DNA from: Nitrospirota bacterium
GTDB taxonomy: Bacteria > Nitrospirota > Thermodesulfovibrionia > Thermodesulfovibrionales > Dissulfurispiraceae
DNA length: 64,000 bases
Assembly: GCA_040758355.1 (NCBI GenBank)
Contig: JBFLWF010000010.1
Coordinates: 16,908-80,907 of the forward strand
Direction of reading: 5' to 3'
Shown in pieces: positions 29,087 to 39,161 of this stretch. The position numbers and the translations under genes were made by a program. The stretch's first letter is position 1. Each line of letters opens with the position of its first letter. The notes under the pieces were generated by a model. The model worked only from the letters and a program-made list of their open reading frames with translations, ran no database searches and was not told where the DNA came from.

Positions 29087-29785
29087 TTATTCCGGTTTAA
29101 AACGATACCCTATCCCGGAAACAGTGATTATATATTCGGGCTCGGAAGGATTGTCCTCTATTTTCTGTCTCAGGTGCTGGATGTGGACATCTATAACCCT
29201 GCTCCATGAATATATCTTCGATTCTTTCCAGAGATGGTTTTTTATGTCCTCCCTGCTCAGCACAGAACCCCTGCTGGAAATCAGGAGGCACAAAAGGTCG
29301 TACTCCTTCGGCGTCAGGATTATCTCTTTGTTTTTGACCTTCACTATTCTTCTCTTATAGTCGATGTTCAGTTTTCCTATTGTTATCTGTTCTTCGGTAG
29401 AGGGTTTTAACCTCCTCAGGCATGCCTTTATCCGTGCGATCAACTCAAGTGTCTCAAATGGTTTTACAACATAGTCGTCAGCGCCGCTTTCGAGTCCTAT
29501 TACCTTATCGGAAATCTTATCCTTTGCAGTAAGCATTATTATCGGCAACGAGGGATACCGTTTTCTCAAGGTGCGGCATATCTCAACTCCATCTCCGTCA
29601 GGGAGCATGAGGTCGAGGATCAGGAGGTCAGGTTTTTTTGCAGAGATTGTCTTCTGCCCTTCTGTCCATGATTCTGCAGTAGCGACATTGTATTTATGAA
29701 GCTCGATGTTCGCCTTTAAGACCTTCAGGATGTCCCTGTCGTCATCGATTACCAGTATTGTATGGTTTTTATTCTCTTTTAGCAT
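29087..29785 (-). CDS. OmpR-family response regulator
   Basis: Receiver plus winged helix (LTPKEYDLL, VDVHI-like, GIGYRF). Confidence 0.94.
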   Translation of the reverse strand: MLKENKNHTILVIDDDRDILKVLKANIELHKYNVATAESWTEGQKTISAKKPDLLILDLMLPDGDGVEICRTLRKRYPSLPIIMLTAKDKISDKVIGLESGADDYVVKPFETLELIARIKACLRRLKPSTEEQITIGKLNIDYKRRIVKVKNKEIILTPKEYDLLCLLISSRGSVLSREDIKNHLWKESKIYSWSRVIDVHIQHLRQKIEDNPSEPEYIITVSGIGYRFKPE

Positions 29786-31533
29786 GGCGTTGTTATCTTC
29801 TTTGCTATCTCCAGCAGTTTATGCTGTTCTGTCCTGTTGAAACCTTCCTGTGAAAAGCTTTCATGATGCCCTTTTGTGTAAGGCAGTTTAAAATAGAAGC
29901 AGCTTCCGTTTTTGCCGTCGCTGTTTACGCCGATTATGCCATCATGCGCCTCTATTATGCTTTTGCATATGGCAAGACCGAGCCCTGTGCCTTCCTTATT
30001 GCCGTTTTTGTAGAATTTTTCAAAAACCCTTTCATGCTCCGAGGGCGGAATACCCGGACCTTCGTCCCATATTTCCACAACCGCATGATCCTTCTCGGGA
30101 TATGCAAAGACAAGTATCTCGGATTCCTCCGGAGCGAACTTTATGGCATTTGACAGGAGATTGATAATGACCTGCTTTATCCTGTCTTCATCCATACGGA
30201 CTATAATATTGTTTGGTATGTTTGCATTGAAGTATATGCCCTTTTCATCGGCATTTATCTGGAAATACGTTAGGGCTTCAGCAATAAGATAGGAAAGGTT
30301 TACATCGGCAAAACGCAATTCGGACGTCCCCATCTCTATCCTCTCGATGTCCAGCATGGTGTTGACCATGCGTATCAATCTCTCGGAGTTTTTCTTTATT
30401 ACCTCAAAGAATATATGGAGGTCATCGAGGGCTGTTTCTTCATGGTGATATTGCAAATAGGACGAGAGTTTTGCCGATATGTAATCCATTGCACCTTTGA
30501 TCGATGTCAGAGGTGTCCTTAATTCATGGGATGCCCGTGCTATGAAGTCGGATTTTCTTATGCTCGCCTCATTAAGGAGACGGTTGGTTTCGATTAATTT
30601 CCTGTTTGTTTCTTCGAGGCCCTTTGTTGCGTCCTTTATCTTATTGTTCAGGCAGTTGTGATAATCGGTGAGTGTGCCTGCCATTTGGGAAAAGGCGCTG
30701 CAGAGGTCTTCGAACTCATCTCCTGTCTTTAACCTCTTTGACGGAGAGTACGTGCCCTCCGAGAATTCATTGATCGCGGATCTCAGTCTTTTCATCGGGG
30801 TAAGTACAATCTTTTTCATCATTAAAAACATGGCGGCCATAAGCGTCAGGACAGTAAGGACAGCAGCAATTAACATGCTCTGCCTGTTTTCGGCAATCTC
30901 TGCAAAGGTTTTATCCATTGGGATTGCGACGCTTATAGCGCCCCTGACATCGCCGACTTTGTAGCCCTGCTTTGCGTGGCAGTTAAGGCATGCCTCTTCA
31001 ACATAGAGCGGCGATATATACCTGAGATATTTGGAGTTGTCCATTTGTTCTATGGAGATAAGCTCTTTTAGGGTAGTTTTTTCAAATTGCTGGAGTGCAT
31101 TTCTCTCGAATTCATCCGGTGCGTTTTCCGGGTTTGTTAGTTTGAGGCTCGTTATGTGAAACCAGTAAAGTCCTTTGTCCTTTGCATACTTAGATAGTTC
31201 CTTTGTGACCATTGCAGGCGTTTCCCTTATGTACCGCTTTCCCTGTACATCCCTGATCTCTGAATCCTTTATATAGGGGTTTGGCTTTATCCACGGAAGC
31301 TTCTCTACGAATATCCCTCCGTGGTCTGCTATCCATTTTCTTGTGATCACTATCTGCTTGAATATGGCACGGGCTTCATTCTCCACCTGTCCCATGATGA
31401 GTCTTTCCTGACGCTGGGCAATAAAGTAGAAGGAAATGCCGAGGGCTACAATCAGGGTAATGCTGCAGCCTATGATTAATTTAGTGCTGAGATTCAGCCT
31501 CGGGTTTCTGATTTTTTTAAATAAATCAGACAT
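29779..31533 (-). CDS. Sensor histidine kinase with DUF3365/Tll0287-like heme-c domain
   Basis: NPENAPDEFE, YLRYISPLYVEEACLNCH, GDVRGAISV; HAMP; SHELRTPL. Confidence 0.88.
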   Translation of the reverse strand: MSDLFKKIRNPRLNLSTKLIIGCSITLIVALGISFYFIAQRQERLIMGQVENEARAIFKQIVITRKWIADHGGIFVEKLPWIKPNPYIKDSEIRDVQGKRYIRETPAMVTKELSKYAKDKGLYWFHITSLKLTNPENAPDEFERNALQQFEKTTLKELISIEQMDNSKYLRYISPLYVEEACLNCHAKQGYKVGDVRGAISVAIPMDKTFAEIAENRQSMLIAAVLTVLTLMAAMFLMMKKIVLTPMKRLRSAINEFSEGTYSPSKRLKTGDEFEDLCSAFSQMAGTLTDYHNCLNNKIKDATKGLEETNRKLIETNRLLNEASIRKSDFIARASHELRTPLTSIKGAMDYISAKLSSYLQYHHEETALDDLHIFFEVIKKNSERLIRMVNTMLDIERIEMGTSELRFADVNLSYLIAEALTYFQINADEKGIYFNANIPNNIIVRMDEDRIKQVIINLLSNAIKFAPEESEILVFAYPEKDHAVVEIWDEGPGIPPSEHERVFEKFYKNGNKEGTGLGLAICKSIIEAHDGIIGVNSDGKNGSCFYFKLPYTKGHHESFSQEGFNRTEQHKLLEIAKKITTPC

Positions 31534-31560
31534 ATCTAATTATAATCGATTTTAACGGAT

Positions 31561-33573
31561 TTATGATATGCTGAAAAGTACAGTCCTGTCCTTGCCGGAT
31601 TCTTTTGCCTTATACAGGGCGATGTCGGCGTTTTTTATCAGCTCATTGACGCTCTTGCCGTCTTCGGGGAAGGATGCCAGTCCTATGCTGACCGTTATCG
31701 CAGGACGCGGGAATTTTTTGAACCTGTAAACAAGGGATTCTTTTATGTTATTCCGTATCCTTTCTGTGACTATAAATGCCTCGTCTTTGTGCGTCTGGGG
31801 CATGAGGATCGCAAACTCTTCCCCCCCAAACCTGCAAAGGACATCATTTGCCCTCAGGCACTCCCTGGCAATACGCGATAGTTCTTTCAGGACACTGTCG
31901 CCTGCAAGGTGTCCTTCTGTATCGTTGAGGAGCTTAAAATCGTCGATGTCGAATATTGCCAGCGAAAAAATAAGGCTATAACGCTCAGAACGGTGAACCT
32001 CTTCTGTAAAACGCTCCTGAAAGTACCTCCTGTTAAATAAACCGGTTAAATGATCCGTGATGGAAAGCTCCTTCATCTGTTCCGCAAGATTGTAATAATT
32101 GGACACCTTCAATGAGATCGAGGCGTAAGATGCAAAATGGTTAAGGAGGTTAAAATCCCGCTCCGTGAATTCCTCGCCTGTTGTTTTATCGGTAACATTG
32201 AGGACACCCATGGTCTCGGATGCGAACTTCAAGGGCACGCTCACAAAGGAGCCTGTTTTATAATGGGGCTTTGGTTTCATGTGCGGCAGTTCCATCTTGT
32301 TAACATCTTTTATAAAGAGGGGGCTTCCATCTTTGAATACCCTCCCTGCAATCCCTTCGCCTGACTTTATCCTTATTCCATGCGCAAGCCACCTGTTGAT
32401 GCCCTTCACAGCCTTTATCAGCAGGCTGTCCCCTTCAGGCAGCATTAATGATCCCTTTTCAGCAGTCAGAAGTTCGGTGGCAGTGTCTACAATCGATTCA
32501 TAAAGTAAATCAGGGCTATGCAGTTGCGGCGTCAGTTTTGTTACAGAGGTGTTTAATATATACATGTCATTGATGCATTCGTCATAGGCATTATGAAGGA
32601 TGTTTGCCTTAAAGACAAGGCAGACGAGCTTGCAAAACTCCAATATGCTGTATGCCTCTTCCCGTGAGATAACAGAGTTGTATATGGCTATTACGCCGTG
32701 CGTGCAATCCTTGCATGCAATAGGGAAGATATGCATTGAATTGATGCTGTCAGGGAAGCCGAGTCTGGATATTTCGGCGATGTCATTGGTGGACGTTGGC
32801 TTTAAGCCCTCGATGGCGCGTGAAATCATGTGGTTGTTATCTTCTATGTAGAGAGATATCACCTCATCCCTCAGTTTCCCGGAGGACATAACCGTCTTGA
32901 AGAAATTCCTCTCTTTGACCATTATGGAGACCGTGTCAACATGGAATAAGAACAACAGTGCATCAACGATTAATGAATGGACATCCTTTGTGGGGGCAGG
33001 TAATTGCATATTGTACAGTACATCTATAAGGGTTTTAGCCCATTGGTATCTCTTGTGGTTCAGATTCCTTTCGTAGCTGCTTCTCAGAATGTTTTCCAAC
33101 AGGGATTTGAGGTGTGATGCAACTTTCTGGACAGAGGCATAGTCTTTTACGGCGATCACGTCAACCCATGATTCCATTTTCGGCGGCGAAAAGCCGAAAT
33201 TCTGTCCCCTTTTAATAACAAAATCCTCAAATTCGCTCCGTACAAGATAAAATGCACTGCTTACAAGGACTATTTTGTCGTTGTCTATAATGACGGGGAT
33301 AAAAAGATGGTGCTGGTTGGCAGGCCCTTTGAAAACCGAGGCCTCCTTCCTTACCACTGCCCTTTCTATCCCGCTGCGAATGAATTTTTCGTGTTCATCC
33401 TTCCCTGAGGCATACGCCTTTATCTGGGAAATCAGTTTGTCTTCACGTTTGAATGGAATGAGTAATGCCCCGCTGCTGTCGTATGTTGAAAAGGAGAGGT
33501 CGCTGATCTCTGAAATAGCATCCTGTACGCTTGACAGAAGTGCAATGTCGATAAATTCGAGATTTATGGACAT
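31561..33573 (-). CDS. GAF-containing diguanylate cyclase
   Basis: TDHLTGLFNRR, DIDDFK, RFGGEEF, ADIALYKAK. Confidence 0.92.
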   Translation of the reverse strand: MSINLEFIDIALLSSVQDAISEISDLSFSTYDSSGALLIPFKREDKLISQIKAYASGKDEHEKFIRSGIERAVVRKEASVFKGPANQHHLFIPVIIDNDKIVLVSSAFYLVRSEFEDFVIKRGQNFGFSPPKMESWVDVIAVKDYASVQKVASHLKSLLENILRSSYERNLNHKRYQWAKTLIDVLYNMQLPAPTKDVHSLIVDALLFLFHVDTVSIMVKERNFFKTVMSSGKLRDEVISLYIEDNNHMISRAIEGLKPTSTNDIAEISRLGFPDSINSMHIFPIACKDCTHGVIAIYNSVISREEAYSILEFCKLVCLVFKANILHNAYDECINDMYILNTSVTKLTPQLHSPDLLYESIVDTATELLTAEKGSLMLPEGDSLLIKAVKGINRWLAHGIRIKSGEGIAGRVFKDGSPLFIKDVNKMELPHMKPKPHYKTGSFVSVPLKFASETMGVLNVTDKTTGEEFTERDFNLLNHFASYASISLKVSNYYNLAEQMKELSITDHLTGLFNRRYFQERFTEEVHRSERYSLIFSLAIFDIDDFKLLNDTEGHLAGDSVLKELSRIARECLRANDVLCRFGGEEFAILMPQTHKDEAFIVTERIRNNIKESLVYRFKKFPRPAITVSIGLASFPEDGKSVNELIKNADIALYKAKESGKDRTVLFSIS

Positions 33574-33713
33574 GTATCCCCCAATTAAATGTCCCCCAAG
33601 CGAACTTTTTGCGAACTGTAAACAGGTTAGTAAATTATATTTTATTTGCTACTATTATTTAGAAACTCGGGAACAATGTCAATATTAATTTTTGGGTAGG
33701 TGTTTTAAGGATA

Positions 33714-33722
33714 TGATATAAT
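33714..33722 (+). promoter_or_regulatory. Extended -10 promoter 8 nt before ATG 33731 (near-leaderless)
   Basis: TGATATAAT matches TGnTATAAT. Confidence 0.55.
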
Positions 33723-33730
33723 TGAAAATC

Positions 33731-33898
33731 ATGGAAATATGCCCTGTTTGCAAACAGCCTATGAGTGAGTGTACATGCTGCCCGGAATGAGGGCATGTAT
33801 GCCTCCTGGACCTGGGGGAGCCATACTGTCCTGTGTGTAAGCCTGATCCAAAAGAAATGCTGAAGGCAACTATAGAAAGTCTCAAGAAAATGGGGTAA
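33731..33898 (+). CDS. Putative 55-aa Cys-rich selenoprotein (TGA at 33788-33790 read as Sec)
   Basis: MEICPVCKQPMSECTCCPE-U-GHVCLLDLGEPYCPVCKPDPKEMLKATIESLKKMG; hairpin just 3' of TGA; ends 11 nt before the next gene. Confidence 0.72.
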
Positions 33899-33909
33899 CG
33901 GAGCGGGGA

Positions 33910-34359
33910 GTGAGTTTTATGGAACAGCAAAGACCTGAACTGACAGAGATATTCCGGAAGATACTTGTAAAGGTCGACATTATATTTCATATAGTGGCTG
34001 CACTGTTATTGCTTGTTGCCTGCAGTTTTATCCTATATTATGCAATGCTCAATATTATGAATCCTTCCCGCGATTCGATACTTCACCTTGTAAACGATGT
34101 TCTTTTGGCATTGATAATCCTTGAACTTTTATGGACTATTATCAGATTCCTGAAAAAGCAGAAGTTCATATTAGGGCCTTTCCTTGCCATCGGCATGATA
34201 GCTGCTGTGAGGAGGATACTTTTAATAGAGGCGCAGACATCTTTTATGGAGCATGTGCCAGTGGAAAAGCTTTATGAGATAGGTCTCAGTGCTGTTGTAA
34301 TTATAATCCTGATGTTTGCTTATTATTTATCTGTGAAGGCGCAGAAGATTGAACAATAG
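33910..34359 (+). CDS. PsiE-family membrane protein
   Basis: LIILELLWTI, PFLAIGMIAAVRRIL; four TMs. Confidence 0.82.
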   Translation: MSFMEQQRPELTEIFRKILVKVDIIFHIVAALLLLVACSFILYYAMLNIMNPSRDSILHLVNDVLLALIILELLWTIIRFLKKQKFILGPFLAIGMIAAVRRILLIEAQTSFMEHVPVEKLYEIGLSAVVIIILMFAYYLSVKAQKIEQ

Positions 34360-34368
34360 GAGGTAAAA

Positions 34369-34866
34369 ATGGCAGAAGAACATTCCTTTGATATTGTATG
34401 CGAAGTGAATATGCAGGAGGTTTTGAACGCAGTTGATCAGTCAACAAAGGAGATAGGTCAGAGGTTTGACTTCAAGGGAAGCAAGAGCAGCATTGAATTG
34501 GACAAGGGTAAGGGCACTATCACTCTTATTTCTGACGATGAGATGAAACTGAAAAGCGTTATCGATATACTGCAAACAAAGCTCGTTAAAAGAGGAGTTT
34601 CTTTGAAGGCATTGATCTACGGGAAGGTTGAGCCGGCAGCCGGGAATACCGTCAGGCAGCTCATTACGCTTCAACAGGGAATCCCGCAGGAGAAGGCAAA
34701 AGAAATAGTAAAGCTGATAAAAGACACCAAGCTGAAAGTCGGTGCTGAGATACAGAAGGATCAGGTGCGCGTAAAGGCAAAGAAGATAGACGACCTTCAG
34801 GCGATTATAGCAAAGCTTAAGGAAAAGGACTTCGGCATAGCCCTGCAGTTTGCGAATTATAGATGA
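34369..34866 (+). CDS. yajQ: YajQ-family nucleotide/c-di-GMP-binding protein
   Basis: [27 protein letters not shown]. Confidence 0.93.
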   Translation: MAEEHSFDIVCEVNMQEVLNAVDQSTKEIGQRFDFKGSKSSIELDKGKGTITLISDDEMKLKSVIDILQTKLVKRGVSLKALIYGKVEPAAGNTVRQLITLQQGIPQEKAKEIVKLIKDTKLKVGAEIQKDQVRVKAKKIDDLQAIIAKLKEKDFGIALQFANYR

Positions 34867-35705
34867 GCCTTAAACAAATCCTCGATAGATTCTACAGGGA
34901 ATACAACTTTAGAGAGCGTATTCTCCACGACCCTATAGAATTTCCACACCAATATAAGAGACCGGAAGATATTGAGGTCTCCGGTTTTATTGCATCCTGC
35001 TTTGCTTACGGCAGGGTGGATCTGTTCAAGCCTGTGGTAAAGAAGATACTTTCCACAATGGGTGAGAGTCCTTATGATTTTCTGTTAGACTCCAACTTAA
35101 AGAGACATAGACGTCTGTTTTCAGGCATCAAATACAGGTTCAATGAGAATAATGATATTATCTGTCTTCTATATGTATTAAACAGGACTTTAAAAAGATA
35201 TAAGCGGCTTGATGCCCTCTTTAAGCTTCACTGCTGGAATGACGATCAAAATATCGGTATTGGACTGGCAGGGCTTGTAGAGTCTTTATTGAGCATAGAC
35301 ACATCGCCTGTGTATGGAAAAAACATTAAGCCTGCTGGATTCCTCCAGTTTTTCCCTTCTCCTAAGAAAGGCAGTGCATGTAAGAGGATGAATCTTTTTT
35401 TGAGATGGATGATAAGGGACAGGGATATCGATTTCGGAATATGGAAGGGAATCCAAAAGAATAAACTGGTCATTCCTCTTGATACGCACATAGCGCGTAT
35501 ATCGAAATGTCTTGGTTTTACGAAGAGGTCATCTCAGGACTGGAAAATGGCTGTTGAGATTACAGAGGCTTTGAAATGGTTTGATCCTGAAGACCCTCTC
35601 AAATACGACTTTGCCTTATGCCATCAGGGAATATCAAAGGTCTGCAGTAAAATGAACTGTAAGGACTGCGATTTTAATCCTTATGCTGGAAATACCCGAT
35701 TATGA
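34863..35705 (+). CDS. TIGR02757/DUF2400-family protein
   Basis: [35 protein letters not shown]. Confidence 0.85.
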   Translation: MSLKQILDRFYREYNFRERILHDPIEFPHQYKRPEDIEVSGFIASCFAYGRVDLFKPVVKKILSTMGESPYDFLLDSNLKRHRRLFSGIKYRFNENNDIICLLYVLNRTLKRYKRLDALFKLHCWNDDQNIGIGLAGLVESLLSIDTSPVYGKNIKPAGFLQFFPSPKKGSACKRMNLFLRWMIRDRDIDFGIWKGIQKNKLVIPLDTHIARISKCLGFTKRSSQDWKMAVEITEALKWFDPEDPLKYDFALCHQGISKVCSKMNCKDCDFNPYAGNTRL

Positions 35706-35964
35706 TGGTTATAAACATTACAACACCTGCAAAGATATATACCGTCAACCCCCAGCTTGTTTTTCCAAGTATGTTTATAAAGTAGGTCTGGTTGAATATA
35801 AATCCCCAGTACATCACAAAACAGTAAGAGATTAAGAGCCCCATTTTATGTTTTCCAAACAGCAGACAGAATGAATTGATAATAACAAAGATAACGACCT
35901 GCCCTAATGGTATAGCGAACTCCTTGTCGGAAAAGAACTCCATAAAGCCATTTGTTAATTCCAT
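35674..35964 (-). CDS. Small hypothetical membrane protein
   Basis: Three hydrophobic segments; directly follows cusA with a GGGGA RBS. Confidence 0.7.
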   Translation of the reverse strand: MELTNGFMEFFSDKEFAIPLGQVVIFVIINSFCLLFGKHKMGLLISYCFVMYWGFIFNQTYFINILGKTSWGLTVYIFAGVVMFITIIIGYFQHKD

Positions 35965-35974
35965 ACAATCCCCC

Positions 35975-38900
35975 TTATTTTCTGAACTCCCTCCCTTTCC
36001 ATATCATATATATTGCCGGATAGATTATCAACTCAAGGATGGTGGATGTAATCACGCCGCCGACCATTGGAGCTGCAATCCTCTTCATGACATCGGCTCC
36101 TGTGCCGTGGCTGAACATAATGGGAACAAGACCTGCGAGTATAACGCTGACAGTCATAATCTTTGGACGTATCCTTTTTACAGCACCGTGCATGATCGCA
36201 TCCTTGAGGTCATTTATACCATTGAGTCTGCCTTCCTTTTTCCATTTCTCATACGCTAATTCGAGATAGAGGAGCATTACCACGCCTGTCTCGGCATCGA
36301 GTCCTGCAAGTGCTATTATCCCAACCCATACAGCTATGCTCATGTTGTAATTAAGCAGATAGAGGAGCCAGAAAGAGCCGACAAGAGAGAAAGGCACTGC
36401 CAATAATACGATTGCGGTCTTTGTAACCGACTTTGTATTGAAGTAGATAAGCACGAAAATGATGAGCGCCGTGAGTGGAATAACGAGTTTCAATCTTTCG
36501 TGTGTTTTAACTATATATTCGTACTCGCCGCTCCACTCAAGGCGATAACCTTCTGGAATCTTTAAAGATGCGACTTTCTTTTTTGCCTCTTCAACATATC
36601 CGCCCACATCCCTGCCTGAGAAATCTATATATACATACGATGCCAAAAGCCCTTCTTCGCTTTTTATCTGTGTAGGGCCTCTTACAATCTTTATGTCCGT
36701 TAGTTCTCCCAGTGGCACCTGAACAATATTCATTGCTGCCGGCTGCACGCTGCCCATCGCCGACCTTTGGCCGCTGACAGCTGGCTGCTGACTGTTCATT
36801 ACAGGCACAAGCACCCTTTTGAGTTTTTCTACGTCATTTCTTAATTCCCTCGAATAGCGGACATTTACAGGATACCGCTCCCTGCCTTCGACTGTGGTGG
36901 TAAGGCTCATGCCACCAATAGCAGACTGAATTATTTCGTTGACATCGTCAATATTCAAACCGTATCTTGCTGCTTCCTCCCTTTTAATGTTGAAGTCGAG
37001 GAAATATCCTGTTGTCACCCTTTCTGCATACACGCTCCTTGTGCCTGGAATTTCCTTGATATGGTTCTCTAATTCAAGTCCTAATCTTTCTATCTCTTCA
37101 AGTTTCGAACCCATTACCTTAATGCCCACAGGAGTCCTTATGCCTGTAGAGAGCATATCTATGCGGGCTTTTATCGGCATTGTGAATGAATTTGCCACTC
37201 CGGGAATGCTCAGTGCATCATTCATTTCATTTTTCAGGCTTTCGACTGTAACGCCAGGCCTCCATCCCGATTCAGGCTTCAGGTTGACCACTGTCTCGAA
37301 CATCTCAAGCGGCGCAGGGTCTGTAGCAGTTTCTGCCCTGCCAGCCTTTCCGAATACCTGTGCCACTTCAGGGATACCCTTCAGTATCTTGTCCTGCATT
37401 TGCAAGAGGCTTGAGACCTCCGATATGGAAGCGGCAGGCACTGTTACAGGCATATAAAAGAGTGTGCCTTCATATAATGGCGGCATGAATTCCGAGCCGA
37501 GCTTGATAAAGGGGTATACGGTAACTGCCATAATGATTATTGCGAGGATAATAACCGTCTTTTTAAAACGCAGTGCGAGGCTCGCTATGGGTTCGTAAAT
37601 TTTATGAAGGATGACACTTATCGGATTCTTTTCCTCCGGCCTTATTTTTCCCCTGATGAAAAGGGTCATTAATACAGGCGTCAGCGTTACTGCAAGGAAT
37701 GATGAAAAAAGCATTGCAAAGGTCTTTGTGTAAGCCAGAGGCTTAAAGAGTCTTCCTGCCTGCGCCTGAAGGGTAAACACCGGAAGAAATCCCACTGTAA
37801 TCACAAGGAGTGAAAAGAAAAGGGAAGGGCCGACCTCTTTTGCAGCATCGATTATCACATCTATCCTGCTGCCCTGTCTGCCGTGTTCTTCCCATTCTTC
37901 GAGCTTTTTATGTGCGTTTTCCACCATTATGATGGACGCATCCACCATTGCTCCGATGGCAATGGCTATGCCGCTTAAGCTCATGATATTCGATGTTACG
38001 CCGAGATAATACATGCATATGAACGAAATGATGATTGCAACAGGCAGCGTCAATATAACTACAAGGGCACTCGGCAGATGGAATAAAAACACGATACAGA
38101 CTGCGCTCACCGCAACAGAGAGTTTTATGATTTCTTCTTTAAGAGTATCGATTGAGCGGTGTATGAGATCAGACCTGTCGTAGGTCACGACAATTTTCAT
38201 GCCCTTCGGAAGGCTCGGCTCTATATCCTTTTTGATTTTTTCCTTAACCCTGTCTATGACACTAAGGACATTCTCGCCGAATCTCACAACTACGATGCCT
38301 CCTGCCACCTCTCCTTTCCCATCAAGCTCTGCAATACCCCTCCTTATTTCAGGACCGAGCTGTATGTTTGCAATATCCTTTAAAAATACAGGCGTTCCTG
38401 CTCCGTTTGTGCCCACAGATATGCTTTCGAGGTCTTTGAGGCTTTTAATGTAGCCGCGTCCCCTTACCATGTATTCTATACCAGAGAATTCAAGCACTCT
38501 TCCTTCCACGTCCTTATTGCTTTTCTTAATTGCCTCCATGACTTTTGGCAGGGGTAGATTGTATGCAAGAAGCTTGTTGGGGTCTATTGTAATCTGGTAC
38601 TGTTTTACAAACCCGCCGATGCTTGCAACCTGTGAAACCCCTTCAACGCTTTCGATGGCGAGTTTTATGTTGTAGTCCTGGACCGAGCGAAGCTGCGATA
38701 GATCATGATTGCCTGTTTCATCTATCACCGCGTATGAGAATCCCCACCCTACGCTGGTCGCATCCGGGCCGAGCACGGGATTCACATCAGCGGGTATCTT
38801 GCTTTTAACCGCCTGCAGATACTCAAGCACCCTGCTTCGGGCCCAGTAAATATTTGTCCCTTCTTCAAAGATGACGTATATGAACGAGCTGCCGAGATAC

Positions 38901-39157
38901 GAAAATCCGCGAACCACCTGCACCTTCGGAGCAGCGAGGAGCGTGGATGTTATAGGATATGTTATCTGGTCTTCCACAAGGTCAGGGCTTCTTCCGGGCC
39001 ATTCCGTAAAGATGATTACCTGTGTGTCGCTCAAATCCGGTATGGCATCGAGGGGAGTCTTTTTGAGTGCCCAGTATCCCCATACTATGAGAAAAGCAAC
39101 GAGCAGAAAAATGATAAACTTGTTGCGTGCGCTGTATTCGATTATCTTTGCAATCAT
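35975..39157 (-). CDS. cusA: CusA-type heavy-metal (Cu/Ag) RND efflux pump
   Basis: DAIPDLSD, GPDATSVGW, FMPPLYEG, EMFET, DMLSTG, GAVKRIRPKIMT. Confidence 0.94.
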   Translation of the reverse strand: MIAKIIEYSARNKFIIFLLVAFLIVWGYWALKKTPLDAIPDLSDTQVIIFTEWPGRSPDLVEDQITYPITSTLLAAPKVQVVRGFSYLGSSFIYVIFEEGTNIYWARSRVLEYLQAVKSKIPADVNPVLGPDATSVGWGFSYAVIDETGNHDLSQLRSVQDYNIKLAIESVEGVSQVASIGGFVKQYQITIDPNKLLAYNLPLPKVMEAIKKSNKDVEGRVLEFSGIEYMVRGRGYIKSLKDLESISVGTNGAGTPVFLKDIANIQLGPEIRRGIAELDGKGEVAGGIVVVRFGENVLSVIDRVKEKIKKDIEPSLPKGMKIVVTYDRSDLIHRSIDTLKEEIIKLSVAVSAVCIVFLFHLPSALVVILTLPVAIIISFICMYYLGVTSNIMSLSGIAIAIGAMVDASIIMVENAHKKLEEWEEHGRQGSRIDVIIDAAKEVGPSLFFSLLVITVGFLPVFTLQAQAGRLFKPLAYTKTFAMLFSSFLAVTLTPVLMTLFIRGKIRPEEKNPISVILHKIYEPIASLALRFKKTVIILAIIIMAVTVYPFIKLGSEFMPPLYEGTLFYMPVTVPAASISEVSSLLQMQDKILKGIPEVAQVFGKAGRAETATDPAPLEMFETVVNLKPESGWRPGVTVESLKNEMNDALSIPGVANSFTMPIKARIDMLSTGIRTPVGIKVMGSKLEEIERLGLELENHIKEIPGTRSVYAERVTTGYFLDFNIKREEAARYGLNIDDVNEIIQSAIGGMSLTTTVEGRERYPVNVRYSRELRNDVEKLKRVLVPVMNSQQPAVSGQRSAMGSVQPAAMNIVQVPLGELTDIKIVRGPTQIKSEEGLLASYVYIDFSGRDVGGYVEEAKKKVASLKIPEGYRLEWSGEYEYIVKTHERLKLVIPLTALIIFVLIYFNTKSVTKTAIVLLAVPFSLVGSFWLLYLLNYNMSIAVWVGIIALAGLDAETGVVMLLYLELAYEKWKKEGRLNGINDLKDAIMHGAVKRIRPKIMTVSVILAGLVPIMFSHGTGADVMKRIAAPMVGGVITSTILELIIYPAIYMIWKGREFRK

Positions 39158-39161
39158 GTTA

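Noticed and set aside
33788..33790. Genome-wide TGA reassignment as the explanation for in-frame TGA
   Set aside because: TGA ends many ordinary genes here (ftsH, yajQ, cbiO, CobN-like), so recoding must be site-specific
33685..33990. 101-aa minus-strand ORF
   Set aside because: Antisense to the candidate selenoprotein and psiE-like gene; no recognisable features
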